Counted from the first letter of the stretch, positions 1-8,842 are shown. The stretch is 32,000 nucleotides of DNA from Candidatus Saccharimonadota bacterium (GCA_042852035.1 BAAFHK010000001.1:540001-572000); one strand, 5' to 3'. Notes: generated from the sequence alone by a model not told the origin. Translations and numbers: made by a program.

Positions 1-1793
1 TTGCCAACCCAAATAAAAATGTCCGTGAACTCCCTCAAGAAATGTATATGGGTGTAGCACTGTTTCTCGCAGTTCCAGAAAAAGATGAAGATCGCCTCGC
101 ATTTGCCTTCAAGATCTACGATCAGTGCTCGACACAAAAAATCTCCCTCCCGACTCCAACCCTCATCAATGCACGTACCAATTTCTACCAGCTCACAAGC
201 TGTTTCAAGCTCAACGTCAATGATGATCTCCGCGCTATCTATCACTCAATCGAGAATATGGCGCAAATCTCAAAGTACGGAGGAGGTATAGGATCATACT
301 GGGGACATATCCGCTCTCGTGGATCATCAATCCGTGGTATCGATAATGCCTCAGCATGAGTCCTCCCGTGGCTCAAGGTCGTCAATGATACTGCCACAGC
401 CGTAAACCAACTTGGAGCTCGTCTCGGTGCTATATCTGTGACACTCGACGTCTGGCATCGTGATATCTATGACTTTCTGGATATGCAGACTGAGACGGGA
501 GATATCCGCTCGAAGGCATTTGATCTTTTTCCAGCGATTTCTATCCCAGACCTCTTCATGCGTCGTGTGGAAGAAGACGGAGAATGGACTCTCATGGATC
601 CGCATGAAGTGAATAATGTCTACGGTCGTCGCATCGAAGATACCTTCGGAACGGATTTCGAAATCTTCTATACTGATGCCGAAAAGAATCCAAAACTCAA
701 ACTCAATAAAGTCGTCAAAGCAAAAGATCTCTTCAAGACCTTCCTAAAGTCTACTGTAGAAACTGGTATGCCGTATGTCTTCTTTCGAGATACGGTCAAC
801 CGCCTCAATCCGAACAAACATGCAGGAAGTATCTATTCGACTCAGCTCTGTACCGAAATCTGTCAGAATTCATCACCAAGTGAATTTATCGAGGAGAAAA
901 ATGAAAATGGAGAAGTAACTCTTCGCTACAAGATGGGAGATACAGTTACTTGTAATCTTGCGTCTATTAACGTCGCAAAAGTAAATACCGTGAAAGATAT
1001 GGAAGAGACTGTACCGGTCATGATGCGCCTCCTCGACAATGTGGTATCGATCACAAAATATCCAATCAAAGAAGCAGAACGTACCAGTCTCCGCTATCGA
1101 CCTATCGCTATAGGGTACCTCGGACTCGCTGAGTACTTCGCGACTCACTCGATGGCATATGATTCACCAGAGGCTCGCCAAGTGGCAGATAAAATGTTCG
1201 AGGAATTCGCATGGCACGTCTATCGTACCTCTATCGATCTCGCGAAAGAGCGAGGAAAATACGACCTCTACGAAGGAAGTGAATTCGATAAAGGAATCCT
1301 CCTCGGTCACGATGAAGCATGGTTCACGAGCGAGACGACAATGAAGGATAAGTGGAAAGAAATCTTTAGCGATATGAAGCAGCATGGTGTCCGATTCGGC
1401 TATCACTTCGGTCCAGCTCCAAATACTTCTACCGCAGGTATCGTCGGAACAACCGCCGCCCTCCTCCCGATCTACAAGAAATACTTCGTCGAAACCAATC
1501 TTTCCTCTCCGACTATCCGCATCGCTCCGAAGCTCAATGCAGAAAACTTCTGGTACTATAAGGAGTATGTAAATATGGATATGAATGATGTCATCGATAT
1601 GATGTCTACTATCTATAAGTGGATCGACCAGTCTATCAGTTTTGAATGGATGATTGACCCAGCGAAGGTCTCTCCTCGCGAACTCTTCAGCTACTATATG
1701 AAGGCGTGGAAGCAAGGCGTGAAGACCGTCTACTATGTCCGCTCGCTCTCGAGTGAGGTCAGTAAGGATAATTGTGTGAGTTGTTCAGGATAG
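1..1793 (+). CDS. nrdA: Class I ribonucleotide reductase large (alpha) subunit. The 5' end lies outside the window; the first complete codon starts at 3.
   Basis: Track ORFs 42..359 and 438..1793 share a frame and are joined by a single in-frame TGA (357..359), read as ...RGIDNASA-G-VLPWLKVVND... Motifs KISLPTPTLINARTNFYQLTSCF, TQLCTEI and WIDQSISFEW are present, along with a C-terminal redox tail CVSCSG. The stop is TAG at 1791..1793. Confidence 0.9.
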
Positions 1794-1843
1794 AGAAAAA
1801 AAGAAAATTAAGAGTTATTAGAAGCATCAAGAGAAAACAAAAA

Positions 1844-1880
1844 TCCCTAACCTTCTAATGCAAGGTTGGGGATTTATTTA
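1844..1880 (+). terminator. Rho-independent terminator after nrdA
   Basis: The stem is 11 bp, tccctaacctt (1844..1854) pairing with aaggttgggga (1862..1872), with one G-U pair and a 7-nt loop. It is followed by tttattta. Confidence 0.65.
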
Positions 1881-1890
1881 AAAAAAACTT

Positions 1891-3294
1891 ATGGCTTATA
1901 AAAATTCTACTCAAACAACATTAGACTATATTGAAAAAATTGAAAATCATCTGAAAAGTGAGTCATATAAAAGTCAAATTTGATGACAAGATATTATAAC
2001 TCAATCAAGCTCTTATAAATATAATAATGAGCAAACACTTGGAGAATCCATAGAAATTATGCGAATTGGTTTCCAAAAGATTAAAGATAATATCAGCTTA
2101 TATGATCAATGAAATATAGATTATAAGAATAATATTAATAATACTTGTATAAATAATATTTTAGCATGGTTAGAATCAAGCCCTATTTCAAATTGGCAAA
2201 ATATTATTCAAAATATTAATAATTTTATAATGTATCTGGGATATATTTGAATCTTTATTGCTTCAGAATGAGGAAAAAATAAAGACTATAAATTATTCAA
2301 TAGAAGACTATCTCAAGCAGAAGACTTTGTTTCTAAAGTTACACAAGCGGAAACATTATACAAAAAATTAAAACCAATAAGTGAAGCAATTCCATCACTA
2401 GAAAGTATTCAGAATGCAAAAACAAATAGTGATGAAATTATCAGGCTACATGAAAATATCAAGGAATTAGAACAGTCTGCAACAGAAAGTAAGAGAAATA
2501 TAGAGGAAAATGCTAAATACGCTTGAATAATGCTCTGAAAAATAACTACTGACGTAGTAGGAAAATATTTTCAAAAACTAGCAGATGAATATAAAAAGTC
2601 TGTAGAATGAGACTGGACAACTGAATTGCTAGACATAACAAATAAAGACGGAACTACTTCTCGTACTTGGAAATTATGGAAATGGAAATATTGATTTATG
2701 AAAGGTTTTTTTAATTGGAATACCTACTATTTTGTTGCGTTATCTTTAGTTGCATTCAGCCTATATTTCATATTATTCTATTCTCAATCGATTGACTGTA
2801 AAACAAATCCATTAAGCTGATCTGGTCTTATTTTACAAAATATAAATGATTGTAAGAAAAAAGTTGAAATAGGATTAGCAGTAAACAATTATGATAAAAC
2901 TTTTATAAAAGATGTGGGCGCCGAAAATATTAATTGATGAATGATAGCACTCGAAATTGTTAAAATTATAAGCAATTGAATAATTCGACTTGTTTTATTG
3001 ATGCCATCTTTACTTTTGCTATGGTTTGTAATGCAAAACAGGAATGATAAAAATCGATTAAGAAAAACATACGAGTTTAGAGAAACCACTATTAATACTC
3101 TTCCTGGCCAACTAGAACAATTAAGACAACAATGAATTCCTTCTGAAAAGATATGAGATTTTTTGGCAGGGACACTAACTCAAATATATTCTGAGCCTCT
3201 AGATGAAAAAAAAGAATCCTGAGAGGGTTTAATAACCAATTTAAAAGATACTGCTGATATTATGCAAAAATGGAAAGATATATTTAAATCATAG
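1891..3294 (+). CDS. Hypothetical membrane protein, 467 aa. It has a helical N-terminal region, then TM segments (YYFVALSLVAFSLYFILFY and IIRLVLLMPSLLLLWFVM) that flank a two-Cys loop, then a helical tail.
   Basis: I read every codon from ATG 1891 to TAG 3292..3294. The frame holds no TAA or TAG and 16 in-frame TGA. The length is exactly 1404 nt. I recognise no family. Confidence 0.7.
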
Positions 3295-3316
3295 TGCCGT
3301 ACTAATTAATAATTTA

Positions 3317-3345
3317 AATCCACCTCCTCGGTGGATTTTTCTTTG
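3317..3345 (+). terminator. Rho-independent terminator (copy 1 of a repeated terminator module)
   Basis: aatccacc (3317..3324) pairs with ggtggatt (3330..3337) around the loop tcctc, followed by a T-run. Confidence 0.75.
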
Positions 3346-3365
3346 TTTTATTCTATACTCTCTTC

Positions 3366-3752
3366 ATGAATTCATTTTTCGACGAAGCTCGCATACTCGA
3401 TCTCCCACTCGGTGAATATGTCATATTCGGGAGTGGCCCTATGGTCGTACGAGGTATCAGAGAGGGGAGAGATATCGATATTATCGTGACTCATTCACTT
3501 TTCGAGAAACTTCGCGATAAGTACTCTAAGCATATCCATGATGAGAAACTCGAACTCGGGAAAATCGAACTCTCAGCAAAGTGTCTTGATTATAGCGATG
3601 ATGAAATACTTACTCTTATTTCGACAGCAGAACTTATAGAGTGACTCCCATTCGCAACTCTCGATGAGGTTATAAAATTCAAAAAACGACTCAATCGAGA
3701 GAAGGATAGAGTTGATATCGAACTTATAGAAACCTATAGAAAAAGTATATAA
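3366..3752 (+). CDS. Minimal nucleotidyltransferase-fold protein (pol-beta / MNT-like), 128 aa
   Basis: The motif FGSGPMVVRGIREGRDIDIIV matches the hG[GS]x9-13DhD nucleotidyltransferase signature. The C-terminal KKRLNREKDRVDIELI resembles the R-x-KD-x-x-D tail of small NTases. There is one in-frame TGA (3642) and the stop is TAA 3750..3752. Confidence 0.65.
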
Positions 3753-3801
3753 TCTGATTTTTTTGGTGGATTTTTTATTCTCGAAAAGTGATAAATATAT
3801 T

Positions 3802-3830
3802 TTGACAATCATAAGAAAAATGTATGATTG
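3802..3830 (+). promoter_or_regulatory. Sigma70-like promoter
   Basis: TTGACA lies at 3802..3807. The -10 is ambiguous: TATGAT at 3823..3828 gives a spacer of only 15 nt. The element is upstream of ATG 3855. Confidence 0.45.
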
Positions 3831-3854
3831 ATTATTATTTAACATAATACCAAT

Positions 3855-4535
3855 ATGTCTCTTTCAAAGGTTTCTCAGGTAGGATTTTATCCTCACGACG
3901 AAGTAAAAACAACTATCAATCCAAATTTTATCATCAAGGCTCACCCTGATGTCACTCCCCATAGAAAAGCACATAGAATACCTGAGGATGTGCTCCATCA
4001 TCGTATAGCAAATGCAAGAAATGGAACCCTCTGGAGAGTTGAGATTCCCAGAAGAATCGGAAAAAGACTCCTCATTGTCGATAGTAATCCAATGGCAGGG
4101 TATGAATATGATTATAAAAGAAGGCTCCATGCTGCCTGATGAAGACTTGGAGCACCGACAGTGATTGGTGTCTCACTCGAGAGACTCTATGCACTCCTTG
4201 ATCCCTATTTTGAGTGATACCCGCTTCTCTGACATGCTGTGGAAAGTATTGAGTCAACACGACTCTCGATTCCATGACGCACTCATTGAATTCTCAATAT
4301 CTGACTCAAAGACTATGATCACTGGAACAGTGTTCTAGACACGACTCAAAAATGATGAATCGTAACCTATGATGCGCTTTTGCGATGACTGCGAGATAAA
4401 AAACCCATAAATAATCCACTTTATACACCTGGTGATGCAGAAAATCCTATTATTAAGGATAGGCGTACAAACTGAAAAACAGGTAAAGCAGCGAGAAGCT
4501 CTGACAGGCTCGATCCTAGTATGAGACGAATATAA
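3855..4535 (+). CDS. Hypothetical protein, 226 aa when TGA is read as Gly
   Basis: I read every codon. The first 94 codons contain no TGA. A tandem TGA-TGA follows at 4137..4142, and nine more TGA occur before the first true stop, TAA 4533..4535, which abuts a terminator. An alternative overlapping ORF exists at 4129..4338 (see findings). Confidence 0.55.
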
Positions 4536-4559
4536 ATCCACTTCCTCGGTGGATTTTTT
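4535..4559 (+). terminator. Rho-independent terminator (copy 2 of the repeated module)
   Basis: aatccac (4535..4541) pairs with gtggatt (4549..4555) around the loop tcctc, followed by tttttt. It is nearly identical to the element at 3317..3345. Confidence 0.75.
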
Positions 4560-4589
4560 CTGATTCAAAACTTCTAGAAAAGAATATTG

Positions 4590-4621
4590 TTGACATTTAT
4601 ATTTTTTAATTAAAATATAAT
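4590..4621 (+). promoter_or_regulatory. Sigma70-like promoter, probably giving a leaderless mRNA
   Basis: TTGACA lies at 4590..4595. The -10 candidates are TAAAAT (4611..4616) and TATAAT (4616..4621). The ATG is at 4623. Confidence 0.6.
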
Positions 4622-4622
4622 A

Positions 4623-5066
4623 ATGAATTCAAGAAATTCGCATTTCATCCGTGCTGTTATCACGGGGACCATCATATCCCTCTCATGAAGTAATGCGCTC
4701 GCCACATGAACCGTAGAAAGTGTAGAAAAACTCCTCACAGAGCCATCCTCTAAGCTCCGTTATAGCGGATGGTCTGCCACTGAAGAAGAACTCATATTCC
4801 TAAGATCATATGCTAAAAGACTCTCAGAATCGACTGATAACAAGATCGTCTCCATGCAATCTATGTGAGTCTATAATGGCGGGAAGTTTCTCGTTATTCG
4901 AGGCGAGGTCTATTATTTTAAAAGAGATACCTCTACTGGTTTTTCCCTCACTCACCTAAAATGACTCAAAGAAAAAACAGTCATCTGAGCAAGAGCATAT
5001 ATGGAGTGAAGAATAATAGAACCAAGAAGACCAGGAAAAGTTACTCTCCCAGATAGAGTTCTGTAG
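4623..5066 (+). CDS. Small secreted hypothetical protein, 147 aa
   Basis: The N-terminus MNSRNSHFIRAVITGTIISLSGSNALA looks like a signal peptide. I read every codon; the frame holds six in-frame TGA and ends at TAG 5064..5066. Confidence 0.6.
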
Positions 5067-5192
5067 TTAAAGGTATGTCTTTTATGCATTCCCCATAACT
5101 TAGCATTCGAAATATTTCGTATTTTTTTGAAAGGATTAGACCTACCCAAACAGCGCAAAGCTTCAGCAATGAGTGTATCCCATGTTTAATAT

Positions 5193-5221
5193 TTGACATT
5201 ATAATAATTTAATTATTATAT
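5193..5221 (+). promoter_or_regulatory. Sigma70-like promoter
   Basis: TTGACA at 5193..5198 is followed by a 17-nt spacer and TTATAT at 5216..5221. Confidence 0.55.
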
Positions 5222-5242
5222 AAAATATATAATTTTTTCTTT

Positions 5243-5911
5243 ATGTCATTAGCACCATCTATTCCAGATCATATGGACCACCTCATGAGAGAGAGTGATA
5301 TCCTCAGTCCTCTAAAAGATACGTTCTGATTTGAGATATGAGAGTTTGGGAAACCACGCATAATCCCATGAAAACAGTACCAAGCCCGCGTAGACATACC
5401 ATTAAGATACCGAGGTGAGACAGCCACACTTATTACTCTCGCTTTTAAACCTGGAGACGGAACTGGGGATATGAGTACCTACAGAGAGTGACAACTTGAT
5501 ATACCGCTAGGATTTCGATTTCTTGAGAACCCTTCGAGGGTATACCCAAGGGCAAAAAATCTCGCAGATGGAAGCCCTCTTCCTATAGAGTGAATGATAC
5601 CACTATTTGTAACCAAAGTATGAGAAACGTGGATGATACCACACAATTCAACCTTGCTTGAATTGTGAATCGTATGAGAAAATGCAATTTGAATCATCTG
5701 AAAGATGCAAACATACTCAAGACCGAGTATTTTACTCACAGTTACCGGAGAATGAGAGGAGAGATATGGAGATCCTCATGCTATATTTTCTCCTCGAGAG
5801 CCATGAGTTGAGGATGGATATCAGGTGGCATGATTTATATCAGCAAATTCAAGACAATCCAAGGTATATGAACTTCTAAAAAATCAATGAAAGCTCCCTC
5901 CAAGTTACTAG
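5243..5911 (+). CDS. Hypothetical protein, 222 aa. The 3' end is uncertain.
   Basis: The frame from ATG 5243 stays open to TAG 5909..5911 and contains 14 TGA. Across roughly 5660..5880 all three forward frames are open, so the true C-terminus cannot be fixed by eye. Confidence 0.45.
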
Positions 5912-5970
5912 AATAAATATGCTTTTCTGAAATTAGTATTTCTTATCTTATATACTTTAGTGTTGTTACT

Positions 5971-6315
5971 ATGCTGTATTCAAAAACTCGATATACGCCT
6001 GCGGGGGAAGGGAGCTCATGAAGACTTGATCGCCCTGCTTCACAGGTTCCCAAAGGTTCAAGGGAAAAATGATGGGAAACGATTGAGGTTGCTCAAGCAC
6101 GAGTAAGAGATCTTACAAAAGAAGTCGCCTACAGAATGCGCGTAGTAGAAGGTCATTTTGATATTACAGAAGCTCACATGACACACGTAAAACTAGAGAC
6201 AACGAGAGGTGCTATAGAAAGAGTACGGAGATTAATTGGCTGAAGCTTTGCGAATCAAGTTCAATTCGCTCAGGAGCTCGCTCGACTAGGAAAACTCGAA
6301 AAAAATCTACCATAA
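5971..6315 (+). CDS. Hypothetical protein, 114 aa, predicted helical
   Basis: I read every codon from ATG 5971 to TAA 6313..6315. The frame contains three TGA. A possible -10, TATACT, lies at 5951..5956. Confidence 0.55.
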
Positions 6316-6339
6316 TCGCCATGTTGATGGTTTTTATAG

Positions 6340-6364
6340 CCTATCGTATTCGATAGGTTTTTTT
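6340..6364 (+). terminator. Rho-independent terminator
   Basis: cctatcg (6340..6346) pairs with cgatagg (6351..6357) around a 4-nt loop, followed by seven T. Confidence 0.8.
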
Positions 6365-6412
6365 GGGTGTACTATATATTTCTTGTGAATCATCAGACAT
6401 GAAAGAATACAT

Positions 6413-6440
6413 TTGACATTTTTAATATTTAAAATATAAG
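6413..6440 (+). promoter_or_regulatory. Sigma70-like promoter, leaderless configuration
   Basis: TTGACA at 6413..6418 is followed by a 16-nt spacer and TATAAG at 6435..6440. The ATG at 6448 lies 8 nt after the -10. Confidence 0.65.
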
Positions 6441-6447
6441 TATATTT

Positions 6448-7260
6448 ATGCAACGACTTCTTCAAGTACCTTGAATAATACTTCGGGCCATACCTGGAAA
6501 TAGGCTCGGTATGCTCACTCTCAGAAATACGATCAATAAAGCCCTCGAAGGGATGACTCAACGCGATCTTCTCACCATCAAAAATGAAATCACTCTCCGA
6601 CTTGGTTGAGAAAGTGAATATTGGAAATATACACTCTGATCTGGGAAAGACCTTGATGAATCCATATACGATTCTCTCTTTAAAGAAATTATTGCTCCAA
6701 CACTTGGTATTTCTCAGCTTTCTCCCGTATATTATGGACAAAGGAAAGAAATTGTAAGGAATTTTATCTCTTGCCTTGAGGACAGGCTACGAAATTTAAA
6801 TGAGGAAACTCCAGAATTAGGATCCGTTTTAATAGACCGTGAAACCATTCTTCGAATAAGTAGACTGGAATGATTCTGAGTAGTCGTAGCACATCTGGAA
6901 GAGTCTAATAAACTTGCCCAAAATTGATTCAATCATGTGGCATATTCTGAAATGATGAAAGCGATAGAAAAAATATTAAAAAAAATGTGTCTTATCTATC
7001 ATCGTGATGCGTATACGAAAGAATATGGTGAAACACCTATAAATGCAAAAATGGAAGATATACTTAAATTTCTCAGAAAGCTCCGTTGGAATGATCGACA
7101 ATACATAAAGCCAATCGATGATTTAAATAAGTTTGCAAATGATGATAAGCATGCAATTACACAAAGATGAAACATAGGAACGATAGAACAATACGACTAT
7201 AATTGAGTTATTTGTTTTATTCTTGATTGGATAGATTGACTCAACAAATCAATACAATAG
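6448..7260 (+). CDS. Hypothetical protein, 270 aa. The C-terminal part may be DUF4145/HEPN-like.
   Basis: The frame joins track ORF 6937..7170 to upstream and downstream sequence through TGA codons, ending at TAG 7258..7260. The C-terminus ...KAIEKILKKMCL...ILKFLRKLRWNDRQYIKPIDDLNKFANDDKHAI resembles the ...IRxxGNxxAH ending of DUF4145-type helical domains. This is recall only and has not been verified. Confidence 0.55.
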
Positions 7261-7266
7261 GAAATA

Positions 7267-7294
7267 TTGACAATAATTTTTTATTAAATATTAT
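7267..7294 (+). promoter_or_regulatory. Sigma70-like promoter
   Basis: TTGACA at 7267..7272 is followed by a 16-nt spacer and TATTAT at 7289..7294. The predicted leader to ATG 7366 is about 64 nt. Confidence 0.6.
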
Positions 7295-7365
7295 TTATCC
7301 GTATCTGTAAGTCCGCCTACTGTTGTAGGTTGGGTGTTTGCAGTACAAAATCATGAGGAGAACCC

Positions 7366-7803
7366 ATGGGCATTGGACTCGCAATTGGCCTTGCTCTGGA
7401 TTTCGGTGGACTCATCGGTCAGGGTGATGGCATCGGCGGTGATGGCGATGGAGAAAGCAGCTCGGGCAGCGGTGGTGACGGGGGGAGTTTTCTCTCCGAT
7501 GCCGCATCAATGCTCGGGGGGAGTGTTGACGAACGTCGGATGATCCGCATCCCGCTTCGGAAAATCCCTTACGCACTGAGGATGCTTCCCCTTGTCATGC
7601 CATCCTTGGCTCTCGCAGCTGAGAAATCTGGAGCGAAGGGATGGGGTGATCGTTGGGCCATCTACGTTGGGCCTATCTTCACCTTCGCGCTGTTCTATGT
7701 GACGATTGGTGGCTGCTTCGGTGGCTTCAACTGCTTTGCATGGGGTGGCGGACTCAAGCTCGGGAACATCGGTCTTGGTGTCCTCTTCCCGATCGGGAAA
7801 TAG
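7366..7803 (+). CDS. Glycine-rich (34 of 145 residues) small membrane protein, glycine-zipper-like, in a GC-rich compositional island
   Basis: The ORF is intact under the standard code. GAGGAG (7354..7359) sits 6 nt upstream of the ATG. Codon first positions are strongly enriched in G. The sequence runs MGIGLAIGLALDFGGLIG...IGGCFGGFNCFAWGGGLKLGNIGLGVLFPIGK. All 34 Gly codons are GGN and none is TGA. Confidence 0.6.
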   Translation: MGIGLAIGLALDFGGLIGQGDGIGGDGDGESSSGSGGDGGSFLSDAASMLGGSVDERRMIRIPLRKIPYALRMLPLVMPSLALAAEKSGAKGWGDRWAIYVGPIFTFALFYVTIGGCFGGFNCFAWGGGLKLGNIGLGVLFPIGK

Positions 7804-7835
7804 TGGCAACACGTTTCCCGACAACCCCAAGGAAT

Positions 7836-7859
7836 GCCTGCACTCGCAGGCGCCTTTTT
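7836..7859 (+). terminator. Rho-independent terminator (GC-rich stem)
   Basis: gcctgc (7836..7841) pairs with gcaggc (7846..7851) around the loop actc, followed by gcc and ttttt. A second hairpin, cgggaaa/tttcccg, lies at 7794..7820. Confidence 0.7.
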
Positions 7860-7862
7860 ATA

Positions 7863-7891
7863 TTGACTCAATAAGAAAATTGTGTTATAAA
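7863..7891 (+). promoter_or_regulatory. Sigma70-like promoter with an extended -10
   Basis: TTGACT at 7863..7868 is followed by a 17-nt spacer that ends in TGT, then TATAAA at 7886..7891. Confidence 0.65.
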
Positions 7892-7919
7892 TTAGTATAT
7901 TGTTACTTTCGTCACTTTT

Positions 7920-8831
7920 ATGAAGGCTTGAGCTCCAGAAGAACATAATGATACACCAGAAACGCTTCCTCACGACCTTCTGAGGAGTATAGAAATATGG
8001 CAAAAAACAACCCTTAGCGATATGGGATGATTCTCACTTAATGAACTTCTTTGACTCAGAAAATGACTCAGAGGACTTGGAGATGATTTGCATCCGATTG
8101 CAGCCAATTTATGAATCAGTGAGAGTGATATATCATTAATCATTAGTCAGGCTATTGTAAAGCGATCACTCCTCGAAGCGCGAGCATGAGTTCTAAACGC
8201 GCTTGATAATCGCATACAGCTTTTATGAAATAGAGCTGGTACCCCTCCACTGAGTCAGATGGCAGATAGGCATGAAGATCCTTTATATATTCCTCCGAAT
8301 TACCCAAACTGGTCAGAGAGAAAGTGGCGTAGTGTTGCCCACTTGCATAGAAAAGCAATGCGAGAAATAGCTTACAATGAACGACTCCTTGCATGGAAAC
8401 AAGAAAGAAGGGAGGAAGAGGAAAAAATAGAAAAAGAATGACAACTTTCTCGACTGATCAGCGTCTTGGAACAAAGAAGGGATATACTGAGAGAAGAAAA
8501 TCAAAGAAGAAGCGAAGAGATTGCATATAACTTATCAAAAACAATCCGCAACGAAGCCATGGAAAACATAGCTATTCTGGGATTCTATTCCTATGCAGGA
8601 GCATTTCTCGACTGCGAACTTTATTTTGCTCTTGATTATAATCTCTATAGAAGATCAAAAGAGCCTTGAAAAAAAAATAGAAAATTCTATGACCAGGTGA
8701 TTGATATACTTCAAAAAGAATTATGAAAGAGAGGCCTTTCATATGACAAAAGGGAAGTTATACGCCAATGACATGTCACCATGACCGAATGAGAGCGTGA
8801 AACTTTTATTAATCAAGTCATCTCAGATTAG
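7920..8831 (+). CDS. Hypothetical protein, 303 aa, with a charged coiled-coil-like centre (...WKQERREEEEKIEKE...)
   Basis: I read every codon. The frame joins track ORFs 8259..8441 and 8466..8669 through TGA. The first ATG after the upstream in-frame TAG (7893) is at 7920, and the stop is TAG 8829..8831. Confidence 0.55.
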
Positions 8832-8842
8832 AGAATAAATAT

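Noticed and set aside
873-1715. Antisense ORFs inside nrdA (873..1148 and 1164..1715, minus strand). Similar antisense ORFs lie inside nrdB (15522..15920), rluD (24509..24847), the RNB gene (20163..20837, plus strand) and ftsQ (25859..26200).
   Set aside because: They lie opposite well-supported genes, show no recognisable motifs and have low-complexity or odd composition. These are typical shadow ORFs.
42-1793. nrdA appears as two ORFs (42..359 and 438..1793). Many other core genes (lepA, pyrB, rluD, nth) look similarly broken, which could suggest pseudogenes or sequencing frameshifts.
   Set aside because: The pieces are always in the same frame and are separated only by TGA. Those TGA fall on conserved Gly positions. 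No TAA or TAG interrupts any of these genes.
4952-5158. A 68-aa minus-strand ORF in the 5067..5192 spacer region, and a 7-codon plus-strand ORF at 5078.
   Set aside because: Neither has a promoter, terminator or motif to support it. The minus-strand ORF overlaps the 3' end of the 4623..5066 gene.
6334-6741. A 135-aa standard-code ORF on the minus strand.
   Set aside because: It reads straight through a terminator hairpin (6340..6364) and a consensus promoter (6413..6440). It also opposes a 270-codon plus-strand frame that starts at the promoter's predicted transcription start.
7366-7530. A possible double-glycine bacteriocin leader (…SFLSDAASMLGG / SVDE…) in the Gly-rich protein.
   Set aside because: The match to the LSxxELxxIxGG consensus is only partial. 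The putative leader would be unusually long and hydrophobic. No C39-peptidase ABC exporter is present in the window.
7334-8003. Five additional overlapping ORFs on both strands in the GC-rich segment. I also considered that the segment is a structured non-coding RNA, since a GC-rich island in an AT-rich genome with its own promoter and terminator fits that picture.
   Set aside because: Multiple open frames are expected from GC richness alone. The 7366..7803 frame has a well-placed GAGGAG and strong G enrichment at codon position 1, which favours coding. The RNA alternative is not fully excluded and is listed as a check in the findings.
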